Shown: positions 63,000 through 64,000 of the stretch, piece after piece
How positions within the stretch are numbered: the first letter of the stretch is position 1
How the letters are laid out: every line of letters begins with the position of its first letter
From: Octopus vulgaris
Taxonomy: Eukaryota
Assembly (NCBI GenBank): GCA_951406725.2
Contig: OX597817.1
Coordinates: 106,702,001-106,766,000 of the forward strand
Reading direction: 5' to 3'
DNA length: 64,000 nucleotides
The notes under the pieces: model-generated
Databases searched by the model: none
Seen by the model: the letters and a program-made list of their open reading frames with translations, nothing else
Told to the model about the DNA's origin: nothing
Program-made: the position numbers and the translations under genes

Positions 63000-64000
63000 A
63001 AGCTCAATTGATGAGGAATAAAATTAAACTAGATAAGACACAGTTTGGTTTTGTACCTGGGAGGAGTACCACAGTTGCCATCTTTCTAGTGAGACAGCTG
63101 CAAGAAAAGTATTTGGTCAAAAGTAAACCATTGTACTTAGCTTTTGCCAACTTGGAGAAAGCTTTTGACAGAGTCCCCTGTTCTCTTATCTGGTGGTCTC
63201 TAAGGAAGCTAGGATTAGAGGAATAGCTTGTTAGAGCTGTACAAGCCATGTACAACTGTGATGTCAGTAAGATGAGAGTCAGCCATAAATACAGTGATGA
63301 ATTTAGCATACAGGTAGGTGTTTATCAGGGCTCAGTTCTTAGTTCACTCCTATTCATCATAGTCCTCCAGGCCATAACCAAGGAATTCAAAACTGGATGC
63401 CCATGGGAACTACTATATGCTGATGACCTCAATCTTATTGCATTATCTAGAGCAGAATTAGAGAAGAAATTCCAGGTATGGAAGCAAAACCTGGAATCAA
63501 AGGGCCTTAGAGTTAACCTAGCAAAGACCAAAGTTGTTGTTAGCAAAAAAGCAGATAAGACTCTTTCTGTCAGGTAAATAGCTCTGCTCAATATTTTGGA
63601 AAGGAGTGCGAAGTAATTCCATTCACTGCACCCAGTGTAAGTTATAGACACCATAATAGATGCAGTGGAATCACAAATAGATTAATAGATAAGGTCGCCT
63701 TTATGTGTGGCAGATGAGCAGGAACAATAAGCACTAAGAGCACACAGGACTTAGACTCTCTCAAATGCTCAGGAGGCTCTCTTGAGGTAGTAGTTTCTGT
63801 TACTTAGGTGACCAAATTATCAATGACAGTGGATGCTCTGAAAGAATTGTTTCTAGAATAAGAATAAAATGGAGTAAGTTCAGAGAGCTACTACCTCTAT
63901 TGGCAACAAAAGGACTATCTTTCAGAGTGAAAGGTAGATTGCATGATGCTTGTGAATGAACAGCTATACTCCATGGTAGTGAGACATGGGCTCTGGACAC
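63000..64000 (+). mobile_element. RTE-like LINE reverse transcriptase pseudogene (runs off the window)
   Basis: QFGFVPGRSTT...LEKAFDRVP...GVYQGSVLS.LLF...LLYADDL...GLRVNLAKTK, with in-frame stops. Confidence 0.93.

Overview
AT-rich, repeat-dense animal genomic DNA. The SINE families and large introns point to a coleoid cephalopod, probably Octopus (inference from repeat recognition, not verified). Two genes were reconstructed by hand from splice signals and reading-frame phase. (1) A complete CDK9 on the + strand: 4 coding exons (13139-13230, 25345-25426, 26695-26785, 26906-27741), 366 aa. (2) The 3' part of a prominin (PROM1-like) gene on the - strand, converging on CDK9: 12 exons from 59713 down to a stop at 34609. 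Its cytoplasmic tail includes a frame-preserving 207-nt exon of tandem V(V/A)TSDKS repeats, a PPSY motif and a C-terminal S-D-V PDZ ligand. A probable last exon of an unknown + gene lies at 625. The region 2.86-7.5 kb is a rearranged Penelope-like retroelement cluster with RT and GIY-YIG remnants, two long fold-back palindromes and five hammerhead-ribozyme-like motifs of two types; a sixth motif lies at 16.7 kb. The rest is SINEs, RTE LINE remnants, a deleted mariner, hAT and TTAA MITEs and simple repeats. The best leads are the ribozyme-capped palindromic element, the prominin repeat exon, and a genomic Ser at the conserved CDK9 Gly136 that one A-to-I edit would restore.
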